Source: Prorocentrum cordatum (Eukaryota). From it: a stretch of 64,000 nt of DNA. This document shows, piece after piece, positions 59,801 through 64,000 of the stretch (within the stretch, counting starts at the first letter, position 1; each line of letters opens with the position of its first letter). The notes under the pieces are model-generated. The model saw nothing but the letters and a program-made list of their open reading frames with translations. It did no database searches and had not been told where the DNA came from. Made by a program: the position numbers and the translations under genes. The stretch lies in assembly GCA_963575745.1 (NCBI GenBank), contig CAUYUJ010000042.1, positions 1-64,000 of the forward strand, read 5' to 3'.

Positions 59801-62800
59801 ACCGATCTGCCAATGAGCTTGGCCTGGGATGGGATCCATCTGAATACCGCTGCCTTCCAGGTTCTCCCGGATAGCGTTGCTCATCCACGCCCCTTCAGGG
59901 TCTACCTGGAGCACTCGAGGTCGACCGAAATACCCGATCCACCTGCTCCAAATTGAGTCTTTCAGATCCTCTGCCGTGGCGTTCCTGCTCTTGACCATCT
60001 TGAATAACGTGTGTCCTACTCCCAGTCGGCTTCCCATATCCAGGTAGAGAGCAATCTTAAACTTCTCGTGAGTACATGGGTCCTCCCATTCAGCCAGATC
60101 GCTCTGAAGCACTGCCCACTTCTTCGGAACTTCGTCAGCTGATCCCACCGGTCGAGGCGGACAGTGCTTCTGACTCTCGTCACAAGCTGAACAACGCATC
60201 TGCCTGACATGATCGACGATCCGCTTGTCTGCGCCCTTGGCTGCCAAAGACTTAGCCACTTGGACGAACGGGCAGTGACCGCACGCCGCATGGATACGTC
60301 GAGCTGAAATTTCCACCTTTCTGAGCGTGTCAGCGTCGATCTCTGCCTCAGATTTCGAGACTGCGTAGCCCAGCTCCAGGTCGTTCTCACCCTCCTGCTC
60401 CTCGATGTGCCGTTTGATCTCCAGGTATCCTGGCTCGTGCAGCATCGCTCTGACTGCCCTCCGGACGAACTCGTCGGGATAATATGCCGTGGCCGCTGTC
60501 CTGGCTCCGCCTACACACGGAGAGTGAGAATGGCGCCCATCACACCGCACTGCCAGTCGCTGTCGGAGGACACTGGACGTCGACCAAATCTCCCACGGCT
60601 TTTGCATCGGTAGTCCCGTGTCTATGGCCTTGACCCCGAGCATGCAGCCGTCACACACCGTGGCCTGCATCTCAGCGTCTCGGAAAACTTGACGGAGCTC
60701 GGGCCAGCGGTAAGGTGAGAGGTCCTTCGGCCACTCCCAATGTACATGGCCTTGATCTGCGACCTGATCCATGACTAAGGCCAGGCAGTTCCTGATCAAC
60801 CTCTTGGACTTCTTACGGCTCTGCAGAACCTGAGCCCAGACTTCAGGTTTGTGGATGTTGAAATTCTGGTTGCCACTCCATGGCCCACAAGGGAGAGAGA
60901 ACCACAGGTGACAGGGTCGCACTCGGTGACGTTCGGCACGCGCTTTCTGTAAACCCGCAGCGGTCGACAGGTCGAAACCGTTCCAACCACTAATTCGTGA
61001 TGCACTGCCCGCTCCTGACTCCTGCTCCATGAAGGTGGTTAGACCCGATGCTGGTGAGCAACAGACCTCCATTAGCTTGACCTTCGCAGTGTCCGTCAGG
61101 AGCGACCACGCCGGCGTAACGCTCTTGTCCAGGTGCCCCGCCAGCCAGGTCGCCTGGGAGCTCGTAAGTTCTTTCAAGGGCCCTTGCCGGCCCGCCCAGA
61201 CGGGACGGCCGTCGACGACCCTTCCTCGACCTTCTGCACTCTCGAGGTCAGCGCGTGCATCTGGTTCTTCATGTCTCCCAGCAGGTCTATGATCTGATCC
61301 TCCTTGGTCTTGACGTCCTCCATCTTGACCTGCTCCTCGTGACACGACCTCTTCATCGTCGGACGGTTCGGGATCCTCTGTGCGCTCTCGTCCTTGACAT
61401 CCTTGACCATGAACCATTGGCTCTCCGACTTCTCGTATTTCACCTCCGGCTGAGGAAGCTCGAACTTCTCCTTGTTCATCATGTCCTCGGCCTTCACACC
61501 CTTGGAGATCAACCAGTCGGTCAGCTTCTTGAACCTCGGGTCCCGCATGCTCACCAACCAGCCCGCATATTCGCGCTCCTTCTCGAACAGGTGGATGTAC
61601 GTCTGGCCGCGGTGCCTGCCGAACGGAATGATCTCGGAGGGACTGACCTGGACACCTAGCTCCTTGCACCTCTCGACAATCAGGATCTGCAGGTCCCCCT
61701 TGGTCTCCCTGCCTGTGAGTATGCATCCGGCATCCTCCGCGTCCTTCACCAACTCCGCCTTTTTCTTGTGCATGGACGTCGGCCTCACCTCGAGGGGCAT
61801 CGCCTTGTGGATCTGCCGCAGTCTGGCACGGAGCATCTCCACCGTCATGTGGCGGCAGTTCTCGTCCCATTGGCATAGCTCCGCCTGGAGCTCGGCCTTG
61901 CGCATCGTCGAGGTGTGAGGGTGACCGTGCATCTCGAGAGGCACTCCCTGGCGGGACAGCCCTCGGTGAAACTTGCAGACTTCGAGCCACAGTATGTGTA
62001 CGGGCCATCTGCGAGGACCACGTGGGGCTCAGCTGGGTATCTTCATACACCTCATACCGCTCATCTCTATAACTCTGTTCCTTTTCAGAGTCCGTTTGGA
62101 AACGTGTATTGATTTTATCGTTATCCAGGTCCCTAGATTCCACGGGCTGCCCGGCTGATTCCGAGCCTCCCCTTGGCGCCCGAGTGACAACCCTAGACGT
62201 ACCCGAAGATGCCCTCAGGGTCTCTGGAGATCTCGTTTGGCTTCCTGTAGGTCTTATCTGGGTTCCGGTGGCCGTCCTCTGGAATCCTAGACACGTTTTC
62301 TGAGTACACGACGGTGGCCCCGACGACGTAGGACAGGCCCCACTAGATCTCGAACCACTCTGTGAGGTCCCGAGAGTTGCCCGTCTCGAACAGGAGGTAG
62401 TAGACCGGGTTCCCGCAGAGCTCCTCGAGGTCCCACCCGGAGGCCATTTTGGAGCCTGAACCTCACCTGGTCTGTTATTCAACGATGCCGTCGCCATCAG
62501 TGCTGTCTCTGCTGTACCGTCGCTGTCTGTCGCCACGACGTGATGAGCCGATGGAGGAGGTGGAGGAGGAATGCATGGCGCACACTCTGGCGCCTCCTCG
62601 TCAGTATCTCCAAGCGCTGGTAGCGGCGCCTGGCTAGAAAGCGATGCCACGCCGCGGCTCAAGATGCAATCCCCCGGCCTGTCGGTGACCCCGACGTCGC
62701 CCAGGAGATCGCACGTCAAGTCGATCAGGAGGTGGCCAGTCCTGGACCTCTGAAAGGAAATCATCCTGTGCGGGTCGATGCTCTTGAAGACGCCGATGCC

Positions 62801-64000
62801 GGCCTCGAAGTCAATCACGGCTCCGAGCTGCCTCAGCGTCTCGATGGACACCAAAATGGGAATCCCCGGAGCGTCGACCGCATGAACCAGGAAAGACACA
62901 TACACTCCCTTGACCTGCAACTTGAACTTGACTCGGCAGAGGACCCGCTTCACCTCGCCATTCCCGAACTTGTACACCGGGCGGTCGGTCAGGTCCACCT
63001 CCATCGGCGGATGACCCCTGGCAATGAGGAGCTCATTCAAAGCCTCCACTGCCTCGATGCCGCCGATGGTCTTCGTAGCTCCGGAGTCCATGATTCCGTG
63101 GCCCATCTCCGTCGTCCTCGACACGATGTAGGCCATCTTGATCTCCGGGTCATCTAGGTCCACACTGTTGTTCAGATCAACGTGATCCTCGTCGGCGATC
63201 TCTGCCGTCAGGACCAGGCCGGTGAACTTCTCCCCCTGCTGGGGAGGGCCTCGAGGACCGGGTGCACGTCCAGCTAGCTTTGGGTCTCCACGGTCTGGAC
63301 ACGCACCCGTGCGATGGGCTCCTCCGCACTTCAGGCAGGGCCCCTGGCGTCCATCACTTCGAGATCCACCATTATTGTTAAAGAAACGCCGTCCCGTCCT
63401 GTGCTTGTTGATCTGCTGTCGTGCGTCTTGAAGTCGGCGTTGACTGGCCTGGAACTGTGCATAAGCTTCCTCTTCCTCGTCGATGGCATTGGCAAAAGCT
63501 GAGTCGTCGCCTTCATCACCGTCTTCCTCCTGTTCAGCTTCTGCCACCGACGACACGAGAGCGTGATCACGCTCTTCCTCTCCGTTCCAGGTCTGAGCGT
63601 CTTCGCCGTAGAAAGCCGCGGCCGCCACCTGCTGGCGGATGAACTTTGACTTCCTGTAGTCCCGGTCCTTCAGGTTCTCGTCGCTGGGCCACTGCGTACG
63701 TAACGCACTCTCCACATTGTCCACTGTGAAATCGCCCCTGCACGATCCGATGACCGCCGCGATCTCACCGCCGTCCAGGCCCGCTCTGTGAAGTAGATAC
63801 CAGCCCCTGACGATGCTCGGGAGAACTTCCGGCAGGTCCTGCGTTGGGAACGTCCCCTGGCTCTCACGGTCGAAGCCACGCTGTGACCAGTGATCGTCCT
63901 TCCAGCCGCCCTGCCACCAGCGGTGTTGCCGCCACCAGTCTTGTCCGTCAGCTCCTCCCTCGACCTCCCAGTCTCGGACTTCGTCAGGTTCAGCATCTGC
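56869..64000 (-). CDS. Copia-B Gag-Pol polyprotein (open from the window edge; one frameshift in RNase H near 57190)
   Basis: CLKCGGAHRTGAC knuckle; IMDSGAT protease; SLPCGPWS MT-like; H..CGH..CSAC plus D,D,E integrase; KAKARLV, DVKSAFLQG, YGLVQAP, HVDD RT; WGDAAF, TDSKNLYD, LANSLTK RNase H. Confidence 0.92.
61174..61944 (-). CDS. Overprinted internal ORF: tandem SAP/HeH-like motifs + FGxHxG..Y..W module
   Basis: GC3-rich, protein-like frame nested in the Pol frame: MRKAELQAEL..TVEMLRARL; KKAELV..GCILTGRETKGDL; IPFGRHRGQTY..LFEKEREYAGWL. Confidence 0.75.
   Translation of the reverse strand: MPLEMHGHPHTSTMRKAELQAELCQWDENCRHMTVEMLRARLRQIHKAMPLEVRPTSMHKKKAELVKDAEDAGCILTGRETKGDLQILIVERCKELGVQVSPSEIIPFGRHRGQTYIHLFEKEREYAGWLVSMRDPRFKKLTDWLISKGVKAEDMMNKEKFELPQPEVKYEKSESQWFMVKDVKDESAQRIPNRPTMKRSCHEEQVKMEDVKTKEDQIIDLLGDMKNQMHALTSRVQKVEEGSSTAVPSGRAGKGP

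Larger units (their letters stand above)
56490..64000 (-). mobile_element. Ty1/Copia LTR retrotransposon 'Copia-B' with DNMT-like domain; 5' part lies beyond the window
   Basis: Long Gag-Pol frame in PR-(MT)-IN-RT-RH order; putative 3' LTR. Confidence 0.93.

Noticed and set aside
62443..62452. GCCATTTTGG, a 10-nt match to DinoSL on the + strand
   Set aside because: It is antisense to the element and is explained by the aaaATGgc start context of the cryptic minus-strand ORF.

Overview
This window is GC-rich, repeat-dense eukaryotic DNA that reads as a dinoflagellate nuclear genome. The inference rests on AG|GC and AG|GA splice donors with AG|G acceptors, 22-mers resembling the dinoflagellate spliced leader (DinoSL), methyltransferase-bearing retrotransposons and long (GAG)n/(CCT)n tracts. 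A multi-exon J-domain (DnaJ/HPD) host gene on the + strand probably spans about 19.6-52.7 kb. One of its introns holds a decayed Ty1/Copia LTR element (30289-44484). A complete split-direct-repeat tyrosine-recombinase (DIRS/PAT/Ngaro-type) retrotransposon (about 30438-36824) is inserted precisely into that element's 5' LTR. A second, nearly intact Copia element lies on the - strand from 56490 to beyond the window end. All three retroelements encode a C5-cytosine-methyltransferase (DNMT)-like domain. The window also has a HET-like/LRR pseudogene (about 15.8-16.9 kb), at least ten families of short TIR elements (MITEs), and many mini- and microsatellites. The most striking observation is that each retroelement carries a sense-strand DinoSL-like sequence (consensus DCCGTAGCCATTTTGGCTCAAG) about 70-90 nt inside its terminal repeat; the match is strong in two elements and weak in the third. 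The elements also carry accessory genes: a small Cys/Pro-rich single-pass membrane ORF, and SAP-like ORFs overprinted inside a Pol frame. All calls were made by eye without database searches, and boundaries are approximate unless stated.
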